Source of the DNA: Octopus sinensis
Lineage: Eukaryota
DNA: 64,000 nt
Direction of reading: 5' to 3'
Assembly (NCBI RefSeq): GCF_006345805.1
Contig: NC_043022.1
Location: 11,780,001 to 11,844,000, forward strand
The notes beneath the pieces were generated by a model, which was given only the letters and a program-made list of their open reading frames with translations, had not been told where the DNA came from and did no database searches. The translations under genes were made by a program, and so were the position numbers. How positions within the stretch are numbered: the first letter of the stretch is position 1; every line of letters begins with the position of its first letter. Below are positions 39,153 to 51,841 of this stretch, piece by piece.

Positions 39153-42100
39153 TATATATATATATATATAAATAAATAAATGGAGTTTAACACAGGTATA
39201 ATTCAAATACTTTTACTTCCGACACATGTTTCGAAGATTTCACTGACATTATTCCACGTAAACCCGAAATTTCTACCTTTAAAAACAACGAGCTACAACC
39301 TCTTTACTTGTGTGATTTTTTTGCTACCCTGGTAACTATTTATCTATTTTTTCCATGTTAATTGTTAACAACGGGAAAATACACTTACATATTTATATAT
39401 ATATATACAAACATACATACATACATACATACATACACACACACAGAGTCAACAGATGAAATCCAGAGATGCTCGATATAGAAAACACTTAATAGCGCTG
39501 AAATGATTTGAACTTACAATCCAAAATTTGTAGCGAGAACTAAGTCCATGGGGTAAAGAATCACTGTAAGGGGAATCCAAATGAGAAGATGTAGAGATAA
39601 TGATACAAATGAAACCGCTTGAGCCAGACATACAATATATACATATATACCAGCTTCTGTGCCAGTGGAACATAAAAGGCACCATTCGAGTGTGATCGTT
39701 ACCAGCGTCACCTTACTGGCACCTGTGTCGGTGGCATGTGTAAAAAGATTCGAGCGAGGTCGTTGCCAGTACCGCCTTACTGGCCCCGTGCCAGTGGCAC
39801 ATAAAAGGCACCATTCGAGTGTGATCGTTACCAGCGTCACCTTACTGGCACCTGTGTCGGTGGCATGTGTAAAAAGATTCGAGCGAGGTCGTTGCCAGTA
39901 CCGCCCGACTGGCCCCGTGCCGGTGGCAGGTAAAAAGCACCCACTACACTCTTGGAATGGTTGGAAGGGCATCCAGCTGTAGAAGCTCTGCCAGATCAAG
40001 ATTGGGGCCTGGTGTAGCCATCTGGTTCACCAGTCCTCAGTCAAAATCGTCCAACCCATGCTAGCATGGAAAGCGGACATCAAACGATGATGATGATGAT
40101 GATGGTACATATAAAAAGAGAGAAAACGAAGATGATAACATCATACCTCCTCCCCTTAACCCTTTAGTATTTAAACCGGCCATATCCAGCCAAAATATTT
40201 AATCTGTTTTATGTTCAAACTGACCAGATCCAGGCCCTCACACCTATCCTACAATGTTATTCTACATTAAGTAATTACACCATCAAGATCTTGAAGATAT
40301 GAGATAATGCATGATTAATTCAAATCAATGGGAATCAATAGACTTTATGTTTGATTGAATAATCTGAACACTAAAGGGTTAATAATACAAAAACAAGAGA
40401 AACGTGTAAAAAAAATTGACATAAAAAGAAAATTCCTTACTTTTCTCATAAACCTGATAATGAAATTGTTCCTGAGTTGCAACGAGGCGTTTGTTGAAGA
40501 GACTGCACAACTGGCAGTACAAGTAGCAGTGATCCTGCAGCTGATGTGGCAATGCATAGTTGCACTTCTGGCAATGTGATGCACCATCGCACTCGCACTG
40601 CTTGCACTGAGGAAATGAAATGCATTCCGGCTTTGCCCCACTACCCTCATTGAACAATACTGATGTGGGACAGAGACTGTCGAATGTCAGGTGACGGCAG
40701 AAATCCACAGACTCGAGTTCCTGTAGGGCTTGCTTTATTTTCTGCTCAATGTCCGTGAGGAAGGGCATCTCACTGTGATTGTCATTTGGATTTGTGATTT
40801 GTTTAGGGTTTTCATAAGAAGGGACGTACCAAGAAGGGGTGTGGATGACTGTGGTGCATGTGCTGGACCGTTGTTGTATAAGGGGTTCGAGTCTGTTAGA
40901 GGGGGTACTCAAATTGACAGAGTTAGGGTTGTTGTGGATGTGATTTAAAGATACGTGATCTCCATCAGATGGGACTGAGTTTGAAACCTCATCGAAACTT
41001 TCACAAATGTTAGGCTTGACATAGGCACCGTCTTGGCTGCTCTCGCAGAAATAACTCGTCGAGATGTAGGAGTTGAGATTGTAGCAAGAAGGAGAAGTGC
41101 GGAGTTTGCTTGGGAAACACTGAGGCGGGTCAGCATTGGTAGGAGTTACAGGGTCCGCACAGTCCGCGTCGGTTGACCCGTTTCCATGGAAACCTGCCTC
41201 CTGTGACATTGATATCTCATCGGCAGTTGTGTTCTGAGACATGCCGCCAATACTGCTGTCTTCGCAACATTCTCCAAAATCTTCATCCTTCAGGTAGTCA
41301 GGCATATCGGATTCTGACTTGAGACGGTAAATGACTTTGTTTATGCGTTGGTTCAGTTCTTCCGTATAAGTAAAAGCATCATCATCATCAGCATCAATAT
41401 CATCATCATCAACATCATCATCATCAGTGTCATTATTGGATAATGAGTCAATAAAGTTTTCTGAATTAGAAAGCTTTAAAGTGGAACAGCTGGAAAAGTG
41501 ACGTTCTTTGATGTTCTTTTTCTCATCCACGTATTTCACCTTATCAGGGGCACCGTCACTGCAGATATGATCATCATCATCATCAACATCATTGCTGTAA
41601 TTAACTTTGTAATAATCATGACACCTGTCATCATCATCATCATCATCATCTCCATGACCAACATCATCAGTGTCGTAATTATCTGTGGTATCAATCAACT
41701 GATTAGAATCCTTCCACGTTAAACACCTGTGGTCAGGTGAGGACTGGTCATCAATGCTTAAGACAAGACCAGTGTCCGGCTTCTCCACAAGTAGATCATT
41801 TGGTAACTCTACTTCCTCAGTTTCATCATCGCCTGACAACGAAGTATTCCCCGACACGATGGACCCATCAGAAGCACAACTGCTCACATCACAGTCCTTA
41901 CCGAGGTTATTCAAGTCCTCGCAGCTTTGACCAATTATTCTCAAAGTTCTCCACTTTGGATGAGGTCCTGCAAATGATTCCAGCTGTTTTATGATATTTC
42001 CGATGTTGCTAGCTCTTTCAGGAATTTTCCTGTTCTTTTTAAAATCCTCACAGTCTGAACATTTCGCGTTGGATATTTCCAGTTTTTTTACAATGTCCTG

Positions 42101-45100
42101 AACTTTAAGCAAGCACTGTGAATCCTGGAATTTATCAGAATTTTCGACAGTGGATGAATCAACGGGATTCTGTATTTCAGGAATGCTACAAGGGGGCACT
42201 GATATGCAGGTCATAGGTGTATTAATCTCAGTTAAACTTGAACTCCGACTTAAAGAAACAAAAGCCTTCGCAGAACCCCTCTTGGTGCTGTAAACAAAGC
42301 ACCGTTCCCCTATGTTAACCGATGGCGATGTAGGATTATTTCTCGACGTCTGTGACGATGTATTCTCTGCACAGTTCAATGCTGTCTCTTCACGGTTCAA
42401 CGCACCTTCTGTAAAGTTCTTTGCACAATTATTTTCATCTTCATTCCACACATCAGTTGGTGCCGATATTTGCTGCACGTGCAATGCTGTCTGGACAGGT
42501 GTTTCATTATCGATTCTGTTATCAAGTGAAGGTTGACCGATGTCCAAACAGGAATGAGTGGCTATTTGACCACAAGAAACCCAATCCTGGTCTGGAGTCC
42601 TGTCACCCGTGTCGGCAACACAGACAGGGCTGTTGCTCATATTTAAAGTAGGAAGGGTGGTCACTTGAACTGGTGTTTCTGATATAGATTGGCTGAGCAT
42701 TTGACTGGGACCACTGTCTCCATCAAGGGAAGAATTCGCTGAATCGTCCAGGGATTGATTTTGCAGCTTTTTATCAGCGGTCAAGGATATTTTGTTTTTA
42801 CTGGACTGGCAAGACTGCAACTCCATAAACCGAATGATGTCCCGCACACATTTCGATTTGCAACTGAGATCCTTCGTACATCTATCAGAGTGACGAGAAA
42901 GGTCACATTGGTATTCCCCATCACTGTTAAGTGCTTCCCAGAAACGCTCATGCTGCTGGGAACGAGGAGAAGATGGTCGAGAATATCGATGAAGATGATG
43001 ATGGTGATGGTGATGATGAAGATGTAGATGCCTATCTGGGCAATTAGAAGAAACGTCTACAATTACAGCACTTGGCTTTTCAAGTGCTCCACTTGCTGCA
43101 GAACGATCCAATTGAGATTTAATTCCGGTTGTGTGGAAATCAGAATGAGTAGAATGTATGGAATTGGGTGAAAAATCCTGAGCAGGAGAATCATTTGTGA
43201 CAGCAGCTGTCCTTGAACTGGTGTCACTGTCTTGGATTATGGACCTACCAAGGACAGAACCATCAAGTCTGGACTCGGATATCTCTTTTACTGAGGATAC
43301 TTCATTTGTAACACAAGGTTTTCTGTTACAGCAGGCAGGGGTCCCTAAATCTGAGCGCAAAACACCCCTTCTTTCAAATTGGAATTTTTTATCAGCAACA
43401 TGCCCGTTTGTACATTTTCCCTGGGGTTTTGCTGTTGATGATCTGCAGCAAACAGTCCTTTTAGGGGTCACACCTAACTGCGATAGTAAATCTTCAAGCC
43501 CCGTCGTAAGGGTCCTGTGAAGGATTTGGTTTAGTTCGTCATTGCTTTTCAAACTTTTTAAACATTCAAATGGCATATAAATACTTGCAAGTTCCGTGAG
43601 CAGTTTATCCGAAGACACAAAGTCCACGTTAGCGTTTTGATTGATGGAGTTCTCTTGGAATTGAACCAGCTTCACACCCAGGCTCCAGTTGCTGCTGTTG
43701 TGCTGTATCATCCAGTTTTTGAGGGTTTCCAGGACATACACATTATTTATCATGCTGCCATTATCTTCATCCTCCGCCTCATTCTCCTCCTCCTCTTCTT
43801 CTTCCCTGGAGTAATTCGACATGTCGACCTGCTGTGTAGAATTCAGGCCCGAACTGCAGGGGCCCCACAAAATCCGCATTTCCTGGAGGACTCGTGACAC
43901 GAACACGTGACTGCTCTCGCTCCTGACGACGTTGGGGAAACCAACAAGATGAAGGACATCGTGGAGGACCGTCGCAACATGTTGCGGCTTCTTGGACTCG
44001 ATGGCATGGAGAATGAGCGTCTTGCTGGCAGAATCCTGGTAACAGAAGATGTAGCTGTACTTCCAGTCAGAGAGAGATTCCATGTTGATTACGTTCATCA
44101 TGGCAGAACTTTGCACCATCTTAGGGTTGGATCTGGTGCCAGAATCAGTAAACATACTTGCTGTTGTTGTTGTTGTTGTTAGCAGTAATGATGGAGGTAA
44201 ACGGGGAGGAGATGAGGTTCAAACGGTGGTGCTATTTTAGTGGTAGTTGTTGTAATGATATTGTCGTTGTTGTTGTTGCTTGTTGCTGTTGTTGTTATTA
44301 TTATTATTATTGTTGTTGTTATTCTTGTTGTTGTTATTATTATTATTGTTGTTATTATTCTTGTTGCTGTTATTATTATTATTATTATTGTTGTTATTAT
44401 TGTTGTTGTTATTATTATTCTTGTTGTTATTATTATTCTTGTTATTATTCTTGTTGTTGTTGTTATTATTATTATTATTATTATTATTGTTGTTATTATT
44501 CTTGTTGTTGTTGTTATTATTATTATTGGTGTTGTTAGTGTTATGGTAGTTGTTGTGGTGGTGGTGGTGGTGGTTGTGACAGGGAGGAGATTAGGTTGTA
44601 ACAGTGGTATGCTATGCTTGTTGCTGTTGTTGTGGTGATATCATTGTTACTGTCGATGCGGTCAGTGTTATTGTTGCTGTTGTTGCGATGGTCATTGCTG
44701 TTGTTTGTTGTTGTTGTTGTTGTTGTTACTGTGATGTATTTACCATAATCATTGTTGTTGTTAAAAGTATTTTTCCCATAATATTTGCAAAGATTGTTGA
44801 TGTTGTTGGTAGTGGTGATGGTGATAATCCAGTAGTAGTAGTAGTAGTAGAAGTAGTAGTAGTAGTAGTAGCAGTAGTAATAGTAGTTATCCTCTGTTTC
44901 AGTCGCCAACTACTACATGTCTCCAAGTTGACGTAGTGTAGACTCAAAAGTGAGGTGTGATGGTCACACAAGGAAGGGGTATTCCCAACGTGTTGGAATC
45001 GCAGTATAAAAGCAAATCTCCATGCCGACCACCCAACCAGACACACAAACGGTAAGGGAGAGAGGGGGAGGGCTGTCTATCACACACGGTTCCATCTAAC

Positions 45101-46176
45101 ACGAAGGACGCAGGAACTAACCAAACTACTTGATACAAGCTCTGACACCCCTCAAAAAAATATCCCGAGATCTATTAAATTATCTCTTACTTGTTTATAC
45201 CATCCAGAAAGACCCAGGCCCTACATGACAACTGCCTGTTAGGGGCCTAGTTTTACTAAACTAAATGATACACCTCACAAAAATGACGCAGAATCTGCTA
45301 AAACTTTCAGTTATTAGTCTACAGTACACAGTAAAGGACCAGGATTTTGTAAATTAGTTGTTATTTAACACCGTGCAAAAAAGGCTCTGGATTTGCTAAA
45401 CTATCAGTAACAAGTTGGTACCACCCAGAAAACTATCATTACTTAGGAGACCGGTACTACTAAACTACCTAATACTAGTCAATACTTCACAAAAAACGGC
45501 CTCGGTTTTACTAAACTATCAGTAACTAGTTGGTACCACCCAGAAAACTGTCATTACTTAGGAGACCGGTACTACTAAACTAGCTAATACTAGTCAATAC
45601 CTCACAAAAAACGGCCTAGGATTTACTAAACTATCAGTAACTAGTTGGTACCACCCAGAAAACTGTCATTACTTAGGAGACCGGTACTACTAAACTAGCT
45701 AATACTAGTCAATACCTCACAAAAAACGGCCTAGGATTTACTAAACTATCAGTAACTAGTTGGTACCACCCAGAAAACTGTCATTACTTAGGAGACCGGT
45801 ACTACTAAACTAGCTAATACTAGTCAATACCTCACAAAAAACGGCCTAGGATTTACTAAACTATCAGTAACTAGTTGGTACCACCCAGAAAACTGTCATT
45901 ACTTAGGAGACCGGTTCTACTAAACTACCTAATACTAGTCAATACCTCACAAAAAACGGCCTAGGTTTTACTAAACTGTTACTAGTTACTAGTCGATACC
46001 AACAAGGAAGGCCAGCATTAGATATGGTAAACTGCGAGCACTAACTTTCTGTTTCACACTGTTACCACTTGTCGTTGTGGTCTCAGCAACTAGTCTCATA
46101 GTAGTCACCAGTCTCTCTCTCGGTCACATACACATTTTCTGTGTCTTTTTCTCTGTATGTGTGTCCTTCCCTCTTG

Positions 46177-46228
<52 letters not shown>

Positions 46229-49200
46229 ATCTTTTGTGTATCTGTGTATGATGCACACTGACTTTCATGTCACACACACACACATGCACATATGCACACA
46301 CACACACACACTGTTTGGCAACAGAATTAACTACACACCAAGAACTATCACATAACATAACATCCGGTAGGGGTGGTGGTGGTGGTGGTGGTGAGGGGTG
46401 GTGGTGGTGGTGAGGGGTGGTGGTGGTGGCAGTGGTGGTGAGGGGAGTTTTAGTGGGGCGTGTAGTTGTAACGGTAGGTGTGGTGGTGGTAATAACAATG
46501 AACTAAAACGATAGTGATGGTGGTGGTGGTGGTCGCAGTGGTGGTGCCGGGTTGGTGGATGAGGGGCGGGGTGCATGATAATGCATGGTGCTAGTAGTGT
46601 ATGTGTGTGTGTGTGTGTGGTGATGGTAGTTGCCTCAGTGGTGGTGGTGGTGATGGTGATTATGGTGGTGCTGATGGTGGTGGTGATTGTGGTGGTGATG
46701 GTGGTGGTGGTGGTGGTGGTGGTGATGGTGGTGGTGATGATGGTGGTGGTGGTGGTGGTGGTGATGGTGGTGGTGATGATGGTGGTGGTGATGGTGGTAG
46801 TGATGGTGGTGGTGATGGTGGTGATGGTGGTGGTGGTGATGGTGATGGTGGTGGTGATGGTGGTGGTGGTGATGGTGGTGGTAATTGTGGTGGTGATTGT
46901 GGTGGTGATGGTGGTGATGGTGATGATGGTGGTGATGATGGTGGTAGTGATGGTGGTGGTGATGGTGGTGATGGTGGTGGTGATGATGGTGATGATGGTG
47001 GTGTGGTGGTGGTGGTGATGGTGGTGGTGATGATGGTGGTGGTGGTGGTGGTGGTGGTGGTGGTGATGGTGGTGGTGGTGGTGCTGATGGTGGTGGTGAT
47101 GGTGGTAGTGATGGTGGTGGTGATGGTGGTGGTGGTGATGGTGATGATGGTGGTGGTGGTGATGGTGGTGGTGGTGATGGTGGTGATGGTGATGATGGTG
47201 GTGATGGTGGTGGTGGTGATGGTGATGATGGTGGTGGTGGTGATGGTGGTGGTGGTGATGGTGGTGGTGGTGATGGTGATTGTGGTGGTGATGGTGGTGA
47301 TGGTGATGATGGTGGTGATGGTGGTGGTGGTGATGGTGATGATGGTGGTGGTGGTGATGGTGGTGGTGGTGATGGTGGTGGTGGTGATGGTGGTGGTGAT
47401 TGTGGTGGTGATGGTGGTGATGGTGGTGGTGTGATGGTGGTGGTGATGGTGGTGATGGTGGTGGTGGTGATGGTGGTGGTGATGGTGGTGTGGTGGTGGT
47501 GAGTGGTGATGGTGGTGGTGGTGATGGTGGTGGTGATGGTGGTGATGGTGGTGGTGATGGTGGTGATGGTGGTGGTGATGGTGGTGATGGTGGTGGTGAT
47601 GGTGGTGATGGTGGTGGGGTGATGGTGGTGGTGGTGATTGTGTGGGTGTGATTGTGGTGGTGATGGTGGTGATGGTGATGATGGTGGTGATGGTGGGTGG
47701 TGGTGATGGTGATGATGGTGGTGGTGATGATGGTGGTGGTGGTGATGGTGGTGATGGTGATTGTGGTGGTGATGGTGGTGATGGTGATGATGGTGGTGAT
47801 GGTGGTGGTGGTGATGGTGATGATGGTGGTGGTGGTGATGGTGGTGGTGGTGATGGTGGTGGTGGTGATTGTGGTGGTGATTGTGGTGGTGATGGTGGTG
47901 ATGGTGGTGGTGGTGATGGTGGTGGTGATGGTGGTGATGGTGGTGGTGGTGATGGTGGTGGATGGTGGTGATGGTGGTGGTGATGGTGGTGATGGTGGTG
48001 GTGGGGGATGGTGGTGGTGATGGTGGTGATGGTGGTGGTGGTGATGGTGGTGGTGATGGTGGTGGTGGTGATGGTGGTGGTGGTGATGGTGGTGGTGATG
48101 GTGGTGATGGTGGTGGTGGTGATGGTGGTGGTGGTGATGGTGGTGGTGATGGTGGTGATGGTGGTGGTGGTGATGGTGGTGGTGGTGATGGTGGTGGTGG
48201 TGGTGGTGTGATGGTGGTGATGGTGGTGGTGGTGGTGGTGGTGATTGTGGTGGTGATGGTGGTGGTGGATGGTGTGATGGTGGTGGTGGTGATGGTGTGG
48301 TGATGGTGGTTTGATTGTGGTGGTGATGGTGGTGATGGTGATGATGGTGGTGATGGTGTGGTGGTGATGGTGATGATGGTGGTGATGGTGGTGGTGGTGA
48401 TGGTGGTGGTGATTGTGGTGGTGATGGTGGTGATGGTGATGATGGTGGTGATGGTGGTGGTGGTGATGGTGATGATGGTGGTGATGGTGGTGGTGGTGAT
48501 GGTGATGATGGTGGTGATGGTGGTGGTGGTGGTGGTGGTGGTGGTGATGGTGGTGGTGATGGTGGTGGTGGTGGTGGTGGGATGTGATGATGGTGGTGAT
48601 GTGGTGGTGGTGATGGTGATGATGGTGATGATGGTGGTGGTGGTGGTTGTGTGGGTGGTGATGGTGGTGGTGATGGTGTGTGGTGGTGGTGGTGATGGTG
48701 ATGATGGTGGTGATGGTGGTGGTGGTGATGGTGATGGTGGTGGTGATGATGGTGGTGGTGGTGATGGTGGTGATGTGTGGTGGTGATGGTGGTGGTGGAT
48801 TGGTGGTGGTGATGTGTGGTGATGGGGGTGGTGGTGGTGTGGTGAGGTGGTGATGGTGGTGGTGATTGTGGTGGTGATTGTGGTGGGTGATCGTGGTGAT
48901 GGTGATGATGGTGGTGATGGTGGTGGTGTGATGGTGGTGGTGATTGTGGTGGTGATTGTGGTGGTGATGGTGGTGGTGATGGTGGTGATGGTGGTGGTGG
49001 TGATGGTGGTGGTGATGGTGGTGGTGATGGTGGTGGTGGTGGTGGTGGTGGTGATGGTGGTGGTGGTGATGGTGATGGTGGTGATGGTGGTGGTGATGGT
49101 AGTGGTGATGGTGGTGGTGGTGGTGGTGGTGGTGATGGTGGTGGTGGTGATGGTGGTGGTGGTGATGGTGGTGGTGGTGATGGTGGTGGTGATGGTAGTG

Positions 49201-51800
49201 GTGGTGGTGGTGGTGGTGATGATGGTGGTGGTGACAAGGTGATAGCAATGCATGATGCTATTGAAGTGATGGTGGTGTTGGTAGTGGTAGTGGCGATGGT
49301 GGAGGTGATGGTGGGTGGTGGTGTTAGGTGGTGGTGGTGGTGATAGTGCTGGATGGTATTGAAGATACTTCAACTCCTTGACAATGCCATGCAGAGAGAG
49401 ACATACAGTATCTTCTTTTGCTTTTTTTATTTTTATTTGTTCTTTTTTTTCATATCATTGTTGGGTGGGGGGGGGCTGTTTTTATTATTTGTTTTTTTTT
49501 TCAAAGAGGCTGGAGATGACCAATTCTGTCACTGTAACAACAACAACAACAACAACAGCAGCCAGCAGCAGCAGCAGCAGCAGCAGGTGTGAGCCCATGA
49601 GAATGCCTCTATGTGATTGCATGACTTGCTAGAAATAGCAGCCAAATCTCACTTCAATCGCACATACACAATTGTAAAAAAAAAAAAAAATTGCATTGAA
49701 CAATAATAGTCCTAAATACACTATTCTTGTAAACTAGATGAGGTGGTCACAACAGGAACGGCTTTGTACTTAAGTTTGCATGATCAGGGCTGACCCAGGA
49801 CTAAACAACAACATGGCAAAGCACTATATATTTGTTTGATTTGCTAGAAATAGCAGCAAATCTTTAATTAACAAACTACCAACTGAAAAACTGGAAGGAC
49901 ACATTAGTTAATATAATCCTAGATACACCATGTCTGAATAAAGGATGAGATGGTCACAACAGGAACATCTCTGTTAAATGAGTATGAGTGTGTGTATATG
50001 TGCATACATGCATGTGAGTGTATGTGTGCACACATGCAAGTATTTGTGTACATACACCCGATTCCCCCTGCCCTTTTTTTCTTTCCTTAAATGACTCATT
50101 CACTGTTCACATCCGGTGCATGGTCCTAGGTATTGGTCATGCACACTTTTGGCTACATTTTCTGTGGAGTGGTAATGCACCCGAGCACGATATACAATAA
50201 GTTCATTATTGGCCGTGTGGCAAGTAGCTTGCTTACCAACCACATGGTTCCGGGTTCAGTCCCACTGCATGACAACTCGGCCAAGTGTCTTCTACTATAG
50301 CCTCGGGCTGACCAAAGCCTTGTGAGTGGATTTGGTAGACGGAAACTGAAAAGAAGCCCGTCGTATATATGTATGTATATATATATGTATGTGTATGCGT
50401 GTGTATATGTTTGCATGTCTGCGTTTGTCCCCCCAACATCGCTTGACAACCGATGCTGGTGTGTTTACGTCCACGTAACTTAGCAGTTCAGCAAAAGAGA
50501 CCGATAGAATAAGTACTAGGCTTACAAAAGAATAAATCCTGGGATCGATTTGTTCGACTAAAAGCGGTGCTCCAGCATGACCACAGTCAAATGACTGAAA
50601 CAAGTAAAAGAGTAAAAGAGTATTAATAATAATAATAATATGATCGTGAGGTTGTGAGTTCGAATCCCGGACCAGGTTGCGTGTTGCGTTCTTGAGCAAG
50701 ACACTTTATTTCACACTGCTCCAGTTCACTCAGCTGTAGAAATGAGTTGCGACGTCACTGGTGCCAAGCTGTATCGACCCCTTTGCCTTTCCCTTGGACA
50801 ACACTGGTGGCGTGGAGAGGGGAAGGCCGGTATGCATGGGCGACTGCTGGCTTTCCATAAACAATCTTGCCCTGACTTGTGCCTCGGGGGGTAACTTTCT
50901 AGGGGCAATCCCACGGTCAGTCATGACCGAAGGGGGTCTCAGCATTATTATTAATCGGGTTCAGTCCCACTGCGTGGCAATTTGGGTAGGTATCTTCTGC
51001 TATAGCCCCGAGCTGATCGAAGCTTTGTGATTCAATTCAGTAGGTGGAAGTTACTGCCGTGTGTGCATATGTGCGTGTAGGTGCTTGTGCCTCTCCGAAA
51101 GAGAGAGAGAGAGGGATAAAGGATTGGGGTAACTCTTCCAGAAGATATAGAGTCAAAATTAAAAGAAAAGAAGATTGCCATTGTGAAGACACACAAGATA
51201 TCGAAATATTGTTTACTAGATGACAACGGCACTCTTCTTTTAATTAGTAGTAGTGGTGGTGGTAGCGGCGGTGGCAGCAGTAGTAGTAGTAGTAGTATTT
51301 CCTTATGACCTTGTATGATAATTGTTAACGAACATCCTCATCACACAAGCGATGTACTTTGTCTCCATTCATCCTTGGAAACGTCCTGGTTATGGGAAGA
51401 TGTTACCTTGCATTGACATTGCTTGGAAAGAGGTAATGGTTGGCAACTGGAAGAGCACCCGACCATAGAAAATATGTCTCAACAAATTCTGTCTGATCCC
51501 TGCCGCCTCCGTGAAAGCACGGAAAAAATGGAACATTGGAATTATGATGATGATGATGATGATGACAACCTATATTTAAACACACAGAAAGTGGCACAGC
51601 TGTATAAATAGAAAGCACTCACAGCATGTGTGTGTGTGTGTGTGTATGTGTGTATATAAGTGTATACATACATGTGTGCATATATATATATATATATGTA
51701 TGCATACATATATGTGTGTGTGTATATGTATGTGTGTGTGGTGTGTGTATATGTATGTGTGTGTGGTGTGTGTATGTGTGTATATAAGTGTATACATACA

Positions 51801-51841
<41 letters not shown>

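Noticed and set aside
40345-44182. Multiple + strand ORFs overlapping the giant exon
   Set aside because: Antisense shadows of a long coding sequence; no recognisable products.
44222-44590. Poly-Asn frame upstream of and in phase with the giant ORF
   Set aside because: Separated from it by in-frame stops at 44237-44239 and 44219-44221; more likely intronic microsatellite.
46331-49373. 862-968-aa poly-Pro/His/Thr ORFs (extensin-like) and the opposite-strand Gly/Asp/Val/Met ORFs
   Set aside because: Open in several frames at once because the triplet array lacks stops; no splice signals or non-repetitive domain.
51090-51240. Lys-rich + strand frame ([22 protein letters not shown])
   Set aside because: Short, no donor site, no partner exons, no recognised family.
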